A stretch of DNA of 63,924 nt, the filler included. It is 6 parts of 6 records of this genome, joined end to end, with 100 filler letters (N's around TTAATTAATTAA, not from the genome) between each part and the next. Parts side by side here need not be neighbours in the genome. Positions count along the whole stretch, not along the records: positions 13,405 to 38,031 come from SRR2962707_4760; 5 more parts are not named here. The stretch is one strand, 5' to 3'. Below are positions 13,656 through 24,172 of this stretch, piece by piece; within the stretch, counting starts at the first letter, position 1; each line of letters starts with the position of its first letter. The position numbers and the translations under genes were made by a program. A model generated the notes under the pieces. It was not told the DNA's origin. It saw nothing but the letters and a program-made list of their open reading frames with translations, and made no database searches.

Positions 13656-14465
13656 TCACTCAGCGATCAGCAATTCGACGCCGCGAAGTTCGAATTCCTT
13701 GGCGTCTGAATCGGATATGCCGTCATCGGTAATGAAGGAATTTACGAGTTCGAGCGCGCCGAGACGGGTGAACGAAGTGCGGTTGATCTTGCTCGAATCC
13801 GCCACGAGATAGACGTGGCTTGCCGCCTTGATCATGGCTTCTTTCAACTGAAGGTCAGCGAAACTCGGATAGGTCAGGCCTGCGTCCAGCGCCACTCCGG
13901 CTGTTGCGAGAAACAGTTTTCCGGCAAAAATGCCGCGAAAATACTCAACCGATTTGTCACCTGACAGCGACAGCGTCGGGGCTTTGAACTGCCCGCCGGG
14001 CATATGCACGGCAAAGCCCGGAACGGTTCCAAGGATCACCGCAATGTTGAGCGCATTGGTGATGACGGTGAGATTCTTGCGGGTGCCAAGGCGTGTCGCA
14101 ATCTCGGTCGTTGTCGTGCCTGCATCAAGGATCAGGGTTTCGCCATCAGCAACGAGGCTGGCACCATAGGCGCCAATCTTGCGTTTCTTGTCCATATTGA
14201 CCTGATGGTGAAGCACAAAACCCGGCATCTGTCCGCGCATGGCGTTGAGAAAAGCGCCACCGTGTTCGCGGGTAATGTGGCCTTCTTTTTCCAGGCGCTC
14301 GAGATCCTGGCGTATGGTGGCTTCCGACACCTGGAAGGCCGCAGACAGATCACGGACGCGGGCGGAGCCCTCCTCCTCGATCCACTCAAGGATACGGCGA
14401 CGGCGTGGCTCGGACAGCAGGCCGGCCATGTTTCCGTTGCGTTCGGTATCCGGTTGTTCCTGCAA
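13656..14465 (-). CDS. DeoR/GlpR family transcriptional regulator
   Basis: RRRRILE..., FQVSEATIRQDLERLE, ITREHGGA, LILDAGTTT, VITNALNIA and LVADSSK. TTG start with an AGGAG RBS; alternative ATG at 14429. Confidence 0.93.
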   Translation of the reverse strand: MQEQPDTERNGNMAGLLSEPRRRRILEWIEEEGSARVRDLSAAFQVSEATIRQDLERLEKEGHITREHGGAFLNAMRGQMPGFVLHHQVNMDKKRKIGAYGASLVADGETLILDAGTTTTEIATRLGTRKNLTVITNALNIAVILGTVPGFAVHMPGGQFKAPTLSLSGDKSVEYFRGIFAGKLFLATAGVALDAGLTYPSFADLQLKEAMIKAASHVYLVADSSKINRTSFTRLGALELVNSFITDDGISDSDAKEFELRGVELLIAE

Positions 14466-14579
14466 ACTGCAACTCCTTGAGAGCGGGCCGTCCGAACCGC
14501 ACGGCCGTGGTGACTACCTCACTTAGTTTCAAACACCTGCAAGAGCAACAACTCAGCCAAACTTCGCACAATCCGGGCT

Positions 14580-15647
14580 CTACTTGTTCAGGGCAACCTC
14601 CTGGGCGAGCGCCACCCTCGCCTGCAGACGGCTTTGCGCCTGGTCTATGACCACGGCTGCAATAATGACAAGACCTTTGACGACCATCTGCCAGAATGAG
14701 GATACCCCCATCATGACCAGGCCGTCGGAAAGAATACCGATCACGAAAGCGCCGATGATTGTTCCGGCAATCCGCCCGCGCCCCCCGGACATCGACGTTC
14801 CGCCCAGAACAGCGGCCGCGATAGCGTTGAGCTCGAAAAACTCGCCCGTGGCCGGATGAGCGGCTCGAAGCTGTGACGCGATAATCAGGCCGACGATCGC
14901 AGCCATCAGGCCGGCAAACATGTAGACAAACATCTTCACCCGGTTGACCCGGACGCCGGACAGGGCGGCGCCCCGCTCATTGCCGCCTGTGGCATAGATC
15001 TGCCGACCGAGCGGCGTCCGGCTGGCGATATAGGATGCACCCAGTGCGACCGCGATCAGCATCCATATCATCACAGGCAGGCCCAGGAAGTTTCCGGTGC
15101 CGATCAGCGGGAACGTGTCCGATCCATATTCAGGATTGCCGTTGAGGTTGGGAAACGTGCGTCCGCCGGAAAACAGCAGTGCGGCGCCACGGGCGACGTA
15201 AAGCATGCCGAGCGTCGCTATGAACGGCGCTACATTGAGCCTGGTTATCAAGATGCCGTTGATCCAGCCGACAAACACACCGGCCAGGCAGACGATCGCC
15301 GCAATCTCGAACGTGTTGAACTGGATCGACCATCCAAGCCCGACATCGATGCCGTTTAGCACCAGCCAGCCGGCGACCATCGCAGTCAGTCCGACCACCG
15401 AGCCGACAGAAAGGTCGATACCGCCGGTGATGATGACGAAGGTCATCCCGATTGCCAGAAACGCGTTGATCGCCACGTGCTTGGAGACAAGGATGGCGTT
15501 CGCCGTGCTCAGGAAGTTCGGCGCCATGACAGAGAAAAACGCCAGCACCAGCAGAAGCGCGACGAACGTGCGTGCCTTGAGCAACAGCAAAAGCCAGTTG
15601 CGGCTGGAGCCGGATGTCGCCGTGGCGCTCTCACTCATCAAACTCAT
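14580..15647 (-). CDS. sugar ABC transporter permease (RbsC family)
   Basis: GMTFVIITGGIDLSVGS, PFIATLG, YATGGNE..A.LSGV and ELNAIAAAVLGGTS.SGG.G. Confidence 0.95.
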   Translation of the reverse strand: MSLMSESATATSGSSRNWLLLLLKARTFVALLLVLAFFSVMAPNFLSTANAILVSKHVAINAFLAIGMTFVIITGGIDLSVGSVVGLTAMVAGWLVLNGIDVGLGWSIQFNTFEIAAIVCLAGVFVGWINGILITRLNVAPFIATLGMLYVARGAALLFSGGRTFPNLNGNPEYGSDTFPLIGTGNFLGLPVMIWMLIAVALGASYIASRTPLGRQIYATGGNERGAALSGVRVNRVKMFVYMFAGLMAAIVGLIIASQLRAAHPATGEFFELNAIAAAVLGGTSMSGGRGRIAGTIIGAFVIGILSDGLVMMGVSSFWQMVVKGLVIIAAVVIDQAQSRLQARVALAQEVALNK

Positions 15648-17203
15648 GATACCAAGTCCTTTTTCTTGCTTCTGGCATTGGCCGGAGTGGCGGCGGCGAT
15701 CACTTCTGCAGCATTTGCATTCCTGCCGAACTCACCGCTGATGCGACCATCAGCCATAACGATGATCCGGTCAGAGAGCGCCAGGACCTCCTCGAGGTCG
15801 GAGGTCACGAAAATGATCCCGATCCCTTGGGCTGCCAGATCCCGCATTTTGTGGTAGATTTCGGCTTTCGCTCCGATATCGATCCCGCGAGAAGGTTCAT
15901 CCATCAACAGCACCTTCGGACCGGTCATCAGCGCCTTGCCGATGACGACCTTCTGCTGATTGCCGCCAGACAAGGATGAAATCGGATTGTCGGGGCTGGC
16001 GACCTTCACCGTCATCCGCTTGATGAATTCGACAGCACGGGCCGCTTCTTTTCGCAGGCTCAGGTGAAAACCGGTGGTGAACTGGGGAAGAGAAGACAGG
16101 GTTATGTTCTCGCGAACCGACATGATCTGTATCAGCCCGTCGCGCTTGCGGTCTTCCGGCACCAGCGCGATGCCGCGCGCAATTCGTCCCGAGACGTGTT
16201 TCTCGCGCATCTCCTTGCCATCAACAAAGAAGTGGCCCTTGGAATCGGGATGCTGCGCCATGATGCATTCGAGAAATTCGGACCGCCCGGCACCCATCAA
16301 CCCATAAAGACCGAGGATTTCGCCGGCACGAACGGACAGCGACACATGATCCACCATGAAGCCGCCGCCCATCTTGGGCAACGCAATGTCTTCTGCGCGG
16401 AAGACTTCCTTGCCAAATTCATGACCCAGGGATTGTGAGAAATCTTTAGATTTTTCGCCGATCATGGCCTCAACGATCCATGGAATGTCGACACCTTGCA
16501 TCGAGCGCGAGCCGGTGATCTCGCCATCACGCAGAACGGAGATGTAATCCCCCACCCGGATGAGCTCTTCCAGCCGGTGGGAAATATAGACGATGCCAAC
16601 GCCTTGCGCTTTCAGTTCGTCGATGATGCGAAACAGAACCTCGACTTCAGCGGCCGATAGCGCTGATGTCGGTTCATCGAGAATCAGGATTTTCGCGTTC
16701 TGAGCCAGAGCCTTGGCAATCTCGACCACCTGTTGCTGCCCGATCCTGAGATGCCCGAGCGTGGTGTTCGGATCGATGTCCTGCTCCAGCCGCTGCATCA
16801 GCTCGCGCGTGCGTTTTTCGACAGCAGCACGGTCGATATCCACGCCGAACCGCACCGGCTCCCTGGCCATGAACACGTTTTCACTGACACTCATATCCGG
16901 AAACAGATTGAGCTCCTGGAACACGATGCCGATGCCGTTGGCTACAGCATCATCCTTTGACCGAATGATTACGGGACGACCGTCCATGGCGATTACGCCT
17001 TCGGTCAGTGCCTCGACGCCCGCGATGACTTTCATCAAGGTGGATTTGCCCGCACCATTTTCCCCCACAAGCACATTGACCGCGCCCATGCGTATGTCGA
17101 AATCGACATCCTTCAGAGCCACAGTGCCGGGATAGACCTTGGTGGCGCCGCGAATGGTCAGTCCGATGGGGTGAACGTCGTCGGTCAGCGGAGCCAGTGT
17201 CAT
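15644..17203 (-). CDS. sugar ABC transporter ATP-binding protein (RbsA family, two NBDs)
   Basis: GENGAGKST, ILDEPTSAL, GLMGAGRSE, LSGGNQQK and LMDEPSRGID. Confidence 0.96.
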   Translation of the reverse strand: MTLAPLTDDVHPIGLTIRGATKVYPGTVALKDVDFDIRMGAVNVLVGENGAGKSTLMKVIAGVEALTEGVIAMDGRPVIIRSKDDAVANGIGIVFQELNLFPDMSVSENVFMAREPVRFGVDIDRAAVEKRTRELMQRLEQDIDPNTTLGHLRIGQQQVVEIAKALAQNAKILILDEPTSALSAAEVEVLFRIIDELKAQGVGIVYISHRLEELIRVGDYISVLRDGEITGSRSMQGVDIPWIVEAMIGEKSKDFSQSLGHEFGKEVFRAEDIALPKMGGGFMVDHVSLSVRAGEILGLYGLMGAGRSEFLECIMAQHPDSKGHFFVDGKEMREKHVSGRIARGIALVPEDRKRDGLIQIMSVRENITLSSLPQFTTGFHLSLRKEAARAVEFIKRMTVKVASPDNPISSLSGGNQQKVVIGKALMTGPKVLLMDEPSRGIDIGAKAEIYHKMRDLAAQGIGIIFVTSDLEEVLALSDRIIVMADGRISGEFGRNANAAEVIAAATPANARSKKKDLVS

Positions 17204-17844
17204 GGCTTCACGTCCACACTGATCGGGGTCACGACAATCGCCTCGTCTGCCTTCTTGAGCGGTGCGACGCCTGTGAAAGACATCGAGCGGCCGATCAGGT
17301 CACCCTCGGGCAGCTGTACCATAACCGAGATGCGGTCATTGAGCGCGCGACCAAGCTTGGCAAACTCGATCTGGTCGCGAAAATCGTCAAAATTGTAAAA
17401 TGGCGCGATGTCGCGCAATGCGTTCCCACGGATCACCGGACCAAGCTGTAAGCTCAGATCCGCTGTGCCATCGCCATCAACGTCCAGATCAGCCACACGG
17501 GCGCGCGTGTCGAGTTTGGCCGAAATGATGACACCCGTGTCAGCAACTGCAAAATTCCATGCAGCCCCTGCACCCGAGCCACGATTTCCGTGCGCTTCTC
17601 CGGCAGCATCCAGACCACTGGCGAGAGCGGCTTTCAGAGCGGCAAAGTCGAGCGCCTTGTCACGCACATAGGGCAGGAGTTGTGTTTCGAAGGTATCCGC
17701 GATGCGCTGCTCGGTACGGACGCTATCGCCGCTGGCACCGGCAGACACCGCCTTTTCACCCTCGGGCAGGTTCTTGACCAGTTTGCAGCCGGAAAGGCTG
17801 AATATGGCGACGACACAAAGTGCCGAGATCGTTTTGCGGGTCAT
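17200..17844 (-). CDS. DUF2291 family lipoprotein
   Basis: Start MTRKTISALCVVAIFSLSGC with a lipobox; LQLGPVIRGNALRD....NF.DF.DQIEFA. Lies between the SBP and the ATPase. Confidence 0.85.
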   Translation of the reverse strand: MTRKTISALCVVAIFSLSGCKLVKNLPEGEKAVSAGASGDSVRTEQRIADTFETQLLPYVRDKALDFAALKAALASGLDAAGEAHGNRGSGAGAAWNFAVADTGVIISAKLDTRARVADLDVDGDGTADLSLQLGPVIRGNALRDIAPFYNFDDFRDQIEFAKLGRALNDRISVMVQLPEGDLIGRSMSFTGVAPLKKADEAIVVTPISVDVKP

Positions 17845-17991
17845 GATGCTCTCTGGCGTAATGATTTGAAATGCGGCACAGGAGACAGTCAGCCGACTGC
17901 TTGCCATTTCATATCCGGTCCATCGGCCGGCAGTCGCATAAACCAAAACCGGAGCGCGGATGGCCGCGCCCCGATCGGACAATGCAGCGCC

Positions 17992-19038
<1,047 letters not shown>

Positions 19039-19298
19039 TTATGTGATGAATGTGGGCATATTCGAAAAGTATCAAAATGAATCCATGGCAAAATATGCTC
19101 AGTGTTTTCAAGCAAGTAGATTGAATGCCTTTGGAGTTTTTGGAATATGGCCACAATTGGGAGCTGGTTAGGAATGGATCTCAAAATTACTGGCTTGCTT
19201 AAAAACGAGCTAATCGATAGCATTCGAAACCATACGAAAATCGTTGATCTCTAGTGTCGATGGTGATCGAGCCGACATTGTGGTAACGGGAGGACCAG

Positions 19299-20765
19299 AT
19301 GATACGGACTGTAAACCGCAAAATTTCGCTTGGCGTTGTGATCGGAAGCCGCGCCTTCTTCAGTCCGGCTCCATGTATTGATGCACGTACACAAGTGCTT
19401 GCACAACTGGAAAAGCTGGGCGTTGATGCGGTCATCCTGCCGGTTGATGCGACCGATAACGGTGCTGTGCAATCAATACCGGACGCTAAGCTTTATGCTG
19501 AGCACTTCAAGAAGCATCGGGACAATATCGATGGCCTGGTCATCTGCCTGCCCAATTTCGGAGACGAGATTGCGATCGCGGAACTGATCAACCGCACCAA
19601 GCTGAATGTGCCGATCCTGCTTCAGGCTTCCAATGATGAGCTGGACAAGGTGGATGTGCATTCCCGTCGTGACGCATTCTGCGGAAAACTCTCGGTTGCC
19701 AACAATTTCTGGCAATATGGCGTTCCGTTCACTGAAACGACCAACCACACCTGCGATATCGATGGCGATGAATTCCTCGGCGATCTGGACCGTTTCTCCC
19801 GCGTTTGCCGCACTGTGTATGGCTTGAGGAATGCCCGCGTTGGCGCGATCGGCGCGCGAACCGCGCCGTTCCAGACCATGCGGTTTTCGGAGAAACTGCT
19901 GCAGCAATCCGGCATTACAGTGATTACGGCAGATCTGTCCGAACTCATCGGGGCTGCGGAAGCCATCAAGGACAGCGACAATGATCTGGTGTCCGGCCTT
20001 GAGCGCATTCGCAATTACGGCCGCATTCCGGCCCATATCCGCGAAGCCCAGGTGCTCAAGCAGGCGAAATGGACACTGGCCGTCAATCGCTGGATCAATG
20101 AGAACGAATGCGATGCGTCGGCAATCCAGTGCTGGCGGTCGCTTCAGGACAATTTCGGCTGCGCAACCTGCCTGACCATGTCGATGATGGGCGAGGATCT
20201 CGCACCGTCGGCTTGTGAAGTCGATGTTATGGGCGCGGTCTCGATGTATGCGCTGACGCTGGCCTCCAGCGCACCCGCCGCGATTCTCGACTGGAACAAC
20301 AATTACGCCGACCATGTCGACAAGTGTGTCTGCACCCATTGCGGCAATTTCCCCAAGACCTTCCTGGGCACGACACCGGAAATCGGGGAGCTTGATGTGC
20401 TGGGCGAAGTCATCGGCCGCGAGAAGTGCTTTGGCGCCGTCAAGGGCAAGGTGCAGGCAGGGGACATGACCTATTTCCGGCTCTCGTCAGATGACCGCAA
20501 CGGCATGCTCAAGGCCTATCTGGGCGAAGGGGAATTTACCGACGACCCCTTCGGCATGGATGGCGGCATTGCGGTGACCAAGGTTGAGCGGCTGCGCGAG
20601 CTGATGCGTTTTGTCAGCCAGAACGGCTTCGAGCACCACGTGGCAATGGTGCGTGGGCACTATGCCGATGTCGTCAACGAGGTCATCACCCGCTATCTCG
20701 GCTGGCCCACCTATCACCACAACGGCACGCCCGAGCCTGAACTTTTCTTTCCGAACCGCAAGTGA
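19299..20765 (+). CDS. L-fucose/L-arabinose isomerase family protein
   Basis: LPNFGDE, RRDAFCGKLS, AIQCW, ACEVD, HCGN and GFEHH. Divergent from the transporter. Confidence 0.85.
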   Translation: MIRTVNRKISLGVVIGSRAFFSPAPCIDARTQVLAQLEKLGVDAVILPVDATDNGAVQSIPDAKLYAEHFKKHRDNIDGLVICLPNFGDEIAIAELINRTKLNVPILLQASNDELDKVDVHSRRDAFCGKLSVANNFWQYGVPFTETTNHTCDIDGDEFLGDLDRFSRVCRTVYGLRNARVGAIGARTAPFQTMRFSEKLLQQSGITVITADLSELIGAAEAIKDSDNDLVSGLERIRNYGRIPAHIREAQVLKQAKWTLAVNRWINENECDASAIQCWRSLQDNFGCATCLTMSMMGEDLAPSACEVDVMGAVSMYALTLASSAPAAILDWNNNYADHVDKCVCTHCGNFPKTFLGTTPEIGELDVLGEVIGREKCFGAVKGKVQAGDMTYFRLSSDDRNGMLKAYLGEGEFTDDPFGMDGGIAVTKVERLRELMRFVSQNGFEHHVAMVRGHYADVVNEVITRYLGWPTYHHNGTPEPELFFPNRK

Positions 20766-20774
20766 GACAGGCGT

Positions 20775-21608
20775 ATGACCCACGCACTGAAAACCGATAG
20801 TTCCGAGGCCCTTATCCGTGACAAGGCGCTGTGGATGCGGCAGCAGGCCATGAAAATGGTCTACGCCAAGCAACTTGGTCACTTGGGCGGTGATTTTTCC
20901 GCAATCGACGTGCTGGCCACGCTCTATTTCGGTGTGCTTCGGTACGACCCTGCACAGCCGGATTGGGCGGAACGGGACCGGTTAGTGATGTCCAAGGGCC
21001 ACGCAACCGGCGCGCTTTACACCGCACTGGCTGCCGCAGGGTATTATCCGCAGGAATGGCTCGACACCTATATGGGCCATCATTCCAAACTGAACGGTCA
21101 CCCGAACCGACAGTATCTGCCCGGCGTCGAGACCAATACCGGGCCGCTGGGTCACGGCTTTCCGGTGGCTCTTGGCATAGCCATTGCCGGTCAGATTACC
21201 GGAGCGGATTACCGCACCTACGTGCTCACCGGAGACGGGGAACAGCAGGAAGGGTCGAACTGGGAAGCGGCAATGACCGCAGGCAGCCGCAAGGTGAAGA
21301 ACCTGACGCTGATCATTGACCGAAACCGCCTGCAACAGGGCGCGCGGACCGAAGAAACCAACGGGCTCGATCCACTTGACGACAAGTACCGCGCCTTTGG
21401 ATGGCATGTCGTCGAGATCGATGGCCATGACTACGGCCAGTTGCTTGACACGCTCGGAGCGCCGGTGGGCAACCGCGAAAAGCCGCTTTGTGTGATTGCC
21501 AACACGGTGAAGGGCAAGGGTGTCTCCTTCATGGAAGATCAGGCGAAATGGCACCACGGTGTGCCCAACGCCGAACAATTCGCGCAAGCAATGAAGGAAC
21601 TGGTCTAA
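20775..21608 (+). CDS. transketolase N-terminal (TPP-binding) subunit, AptB-like
   Basis: GHLGG, DRLVMSKGH, TGPLGHG, GDGEQQEGSNWEA, TVKGKG and WHH. Confidence 0.93.
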   Translation: MTHALKTDSSEALIRDKALWMRQQAMKMVYAKQLGHLGGDFSAIDVLATLYFGVLRYDPAQPDWAERDRLVMSKGHATGALYTALAAAGYYPQEWLDTYMGHHSKLNGHPNRQYLPGVETNTGPLGHGFPVALGIAIAGQITGADYRTYVLTGDGEQQEGSNWEAAMTAGSRKVKNLTLIIDRNRLQQGARTEETNGLDPLDDKYRAFGWHVVEIDGHDYGQLLDTLGAPVGNREKPLCVIANTVKGKGVSFMEDQAKWHHGVPNAEQFAQAMKELV

Positions 21609-22570
21609 TGGCTGTCGCTGCAGCAAACACCGCCCCGGGGTTCGATTGCCGCAAGGCCTGGGCCGAGACCCTTGAAGGGCTTGCCGCTTCTGATGAGCGC
21701 ATCGTTGTCGTGGTCAATGACTCGGTTGGCTCGTCCAATCTCGGTGGCTTCCAGACGAAATTTCCCGACCGCACCGTCAATGTCGGCATTGCAGAGCAGA
21801 ACATGGTCGGTGTCGCCGCGGGTCTGGCTAATGGCGGCAGAATTCCGTTTGTCTCGGCTGCGTCGTGCTTTCTCACCGCGCGGGCAATGGAGCAGATCAA
21901 GGCGGATGTCGCCTATGCCGGCTTCAACGTCAAACTGGTCGGCCAGTCCTCCGGCATCGCCTATGGCGAACTTGGCGCCACGCACCATTCGATCGAAGAT
22001 TTTGCCTGGTTGCGGGCGCTTGGCCCGATCATCGTGATCGCACCCTGCGACGCCTGGGAAACCGCAGAGGCCGTCAAATGGGCCGCAGCGCACGAGGGGC
22101 CTGTCTATCTGCGCCTATCACGGATGAAGGTCCCTACCCTCGACTTGCCAGACCGCAAATTCACTCCGGGCAAGGCGGAGCTGCAAAGACCAGGCACTGA
22201 TGTGACCATCATTGCCAACGGCACCACGGTTCATCTTGCCCTTCAAGCCGCGGAGACACTGTCTGAGGAAGGTATCTCCGCCCGTGTCCTCAACATGCAC
22301 ACGATTTCACCGCTTGATACCGACGCGGTCACGGAGGCAGCGAACGAAACCGGCGCGATCGTGACCGTGGAGGAAGCGCTTGATCGCGGCGGGCTCGGCG
22401 GAGCAGTTGCCGAACACACCTCGGCGACCCATCCTGTACCAGTCCAGCGCGTGGGCTTCCCCGGCTTCATGCCTACGGGATCCATCGCCAGTCTGTTTGA
22501 AGAATTCGGCCTGAGCCGGGAAGGTATTGCCAGTGCCGCCCGCATAGCCATTCGCCGCAAGGGAGCCTGA
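21608..22570 (+). CDS. transketolase C-terminal subunit, AptA-like
   Basis: ATG overlaps the upstream TAA. NVGIAEQNMVG, RAMEQIK, GATHHSIED and GPVYLRL. Confidence 0.93.
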   Translation: MAVAAANTAPGFDCRKAWAETLEGLAASDERIVVVVNDSVGSSNLGGFQTKFPDRTVNVGIAEQNMVGVAAGLANGGRIPFVSAASCFLTARAMEQIKADVAYAGFNVKLVGQSSGIAYGELGATHHSIEDFAWLRALGPIIVIAPCDAWETAEAVKWAAAHEGPVYLRLSRMKVPTLDLPDRKFTPGKAELQRPGTDVTIIANGTTVHLALQAAETLSEEGISARVLNMHTISPLDTDAVTEAANETGAIVTVEEALDRGGLGGAVAEHTSATHPVPVQRVGFPGFMPTGSIASLFEEFGLSREGIASAARIAIRRKGA

Positions 22571-22573
22571 TTC

Positions 22574-24025
22574 ATGCTTGTCTTGGCGATCGATCAGGGA
22601 ACCACAAACACCAAGGCTCTGATCGTCGACGAGTCCGGACATATACATGCACGCGCGTCGTCCCCGTCGAGCACTCAATATCCGCATCCAGGATGGGCGG
22701 AGCAGTCCGCCACAGGGATTTGGGATGATACACGTTCCGTGATCGACGCGGTTGTGGCGCAGATGAGTGGCAGCAGAATCGACGCCATCGCCATCTCGAA
22801 CCAGCGCGAAACCATCGTGGCGTGGGACGCAGAAACCGGCAAACCGGTCGGTCCGGCGATCTTGTGGCAATGCCGGCGCACAGCGCCTGAATGTGCTGCG
22901 CTGATATCGGCAGGGCACAATGAGACCGTGGAAGCTGCGACCGGGCTTGGAATCAATCCGATGTTTCCAGCGTCAAAACTGGCTTGGCTACTCAAGAACC
23001 GGCCTGAGGCTCGAGAGCTGCTTTCGCAGGGTCGGCTGCGAGCCGGGGCGGTCGACAGCTGGCTGTTGTGGAAACTGACAGACGGAGCGGTGTTTGCGAC
23101 AGACCATTCCAACGCTTCGCGCACCCAACTGTTCGACACGGAGAAACTGGAATGGGGCAGCGAACTGGCGGAGATTTTCGGGACGCCGATATCCTGCCTG
23201 CCTGAACCCCGGCCTTCCGACAACCGGTTTGGCGAGACAGCCGCTGGAGTAACCAGCCTTCCGTCGGGCACCCCCATCATGACCATGCTGGGTGACAGCC
23301 ATGCAGCCCTTTACGGTCACGGTGTTCGCCACCCCGGCACCGTCAAGGCCACCTATGGCACCGGCTCGTCGCTGATGACGTTGACCCCTCAACGCGTTGC
23401 ATCGAGCCACGGGTTGTCGGGAACCATAGCCTGGACAGACAAATCCGGAACAGCCTATGCCCTCGAGGGCAACATTCTGGTGTCCGCGCAAGCAGCCGCC
23501 TTTATCGCAGGCTTGCTGGGGATCGGTGATGCCGGCGCGCTTTCCGATCTGGCGCAAACCGTTGACTCGGCAGACGGCGTTACCTTCGTGCCGGCGCTGT
23601 CCGGGCTCGGCGCACCGCATTGGAACGATCACGCGACAGGCACAGTCGCCGGCATGACCCATGGCACGACACCGGCGCATGTGGCGCGGGCAACATTCGA
23701 AGCCATTGCCATGCAGATCGCCGACGTGTTCGAGGCGATGCAGTCGGATGTCGGGATGCAGCTTGTTGGCCTGCGGACAGATGGGGGAGCCTCATCAAAC
23801 GCGTTTTTGATGCAACTGCAATCGGACCTGCTTCAGTGCTCGGTTGAAAGCGCAGTGGTTGAGGAAGTCAGTGCGCTTGGCGCCGCCGCAATGGCTTTCC
23901 ACGCATTGGGAAAAGAATGGCTGCCCGACACACGCAGCAAACGCTATGAGCCCAGGATGACGCCGGAAGCAGCCGCTGCCATCCGCGCCACATGGCAGGA
24001 CGCCATACGGCGCGCGTGCGACTAG
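22574..24025 (+). CDS. FGGY/glycerol-kinase family sugar kinase (apulose-kinase-like)
   Basis: LAIDQGTT, NQRET, WQCRRT, TDHSNASRT, KATYGTG, GLGAPHW and DGGAS.N. Confidence 0.92.
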   Translation: MLVLAIDQGTTNTKALIVDESGHIHARASSPSSTQYPHPGWAEQSATGIWDDTRSVIDAVVAQMSGSRIDAIAISNQRETIVAWDAETGKPVGPAILWQCRRTAPECAALISAGHNETVEAATGLGINPMFPASKLAWLLKNRPEARELLSQGRLRAGAVDSWLLWKLTDGAVFATDHSNASRTQLFDTEKLEWGSELAEIFGTPISCLPEPRPSDNRFGETAAGVTSLPSGTPIMTMLGDSHAALYGHGVRHPGTVKATYGTGSSLMTLTPQRVASSHGLSGTIAWTDKSGTAYALEGNILVSAQAAAFIAGLLGIGDAGALSDLAQTVDSADGVTFVPALSGLGAPHWNDHATGTVAGMTHGTTPAHVARATFEAIAMQIADVFEAMQSDVGMQLVGLRTDGGASSNAFLMQLQSDLLQCSVESAVVEEVSALGAAAMAFHALGKEWLPDTRSKRYEPRMTPEAAAAIRATWQDAIRRACD

Positions 24026-24172
24026 CTTGTTATCCGCATAATCCAATTGGGTTTCAGGCGCAGGGTTGGTGCATCTCACCGCACACGAACAACAGGGAAC
24101 TGCAGGTGCAATAATGGCGCCCAGCTCTCCTTTTTCATCTGATCAGCAGGCTTCATGAACATACCTTGCGGT

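Noticed and set aside
17845-17982. Longer start for the DUF2291 gene
   Set aside because: The lipoprotein signal peptide begins at ATG 17844.
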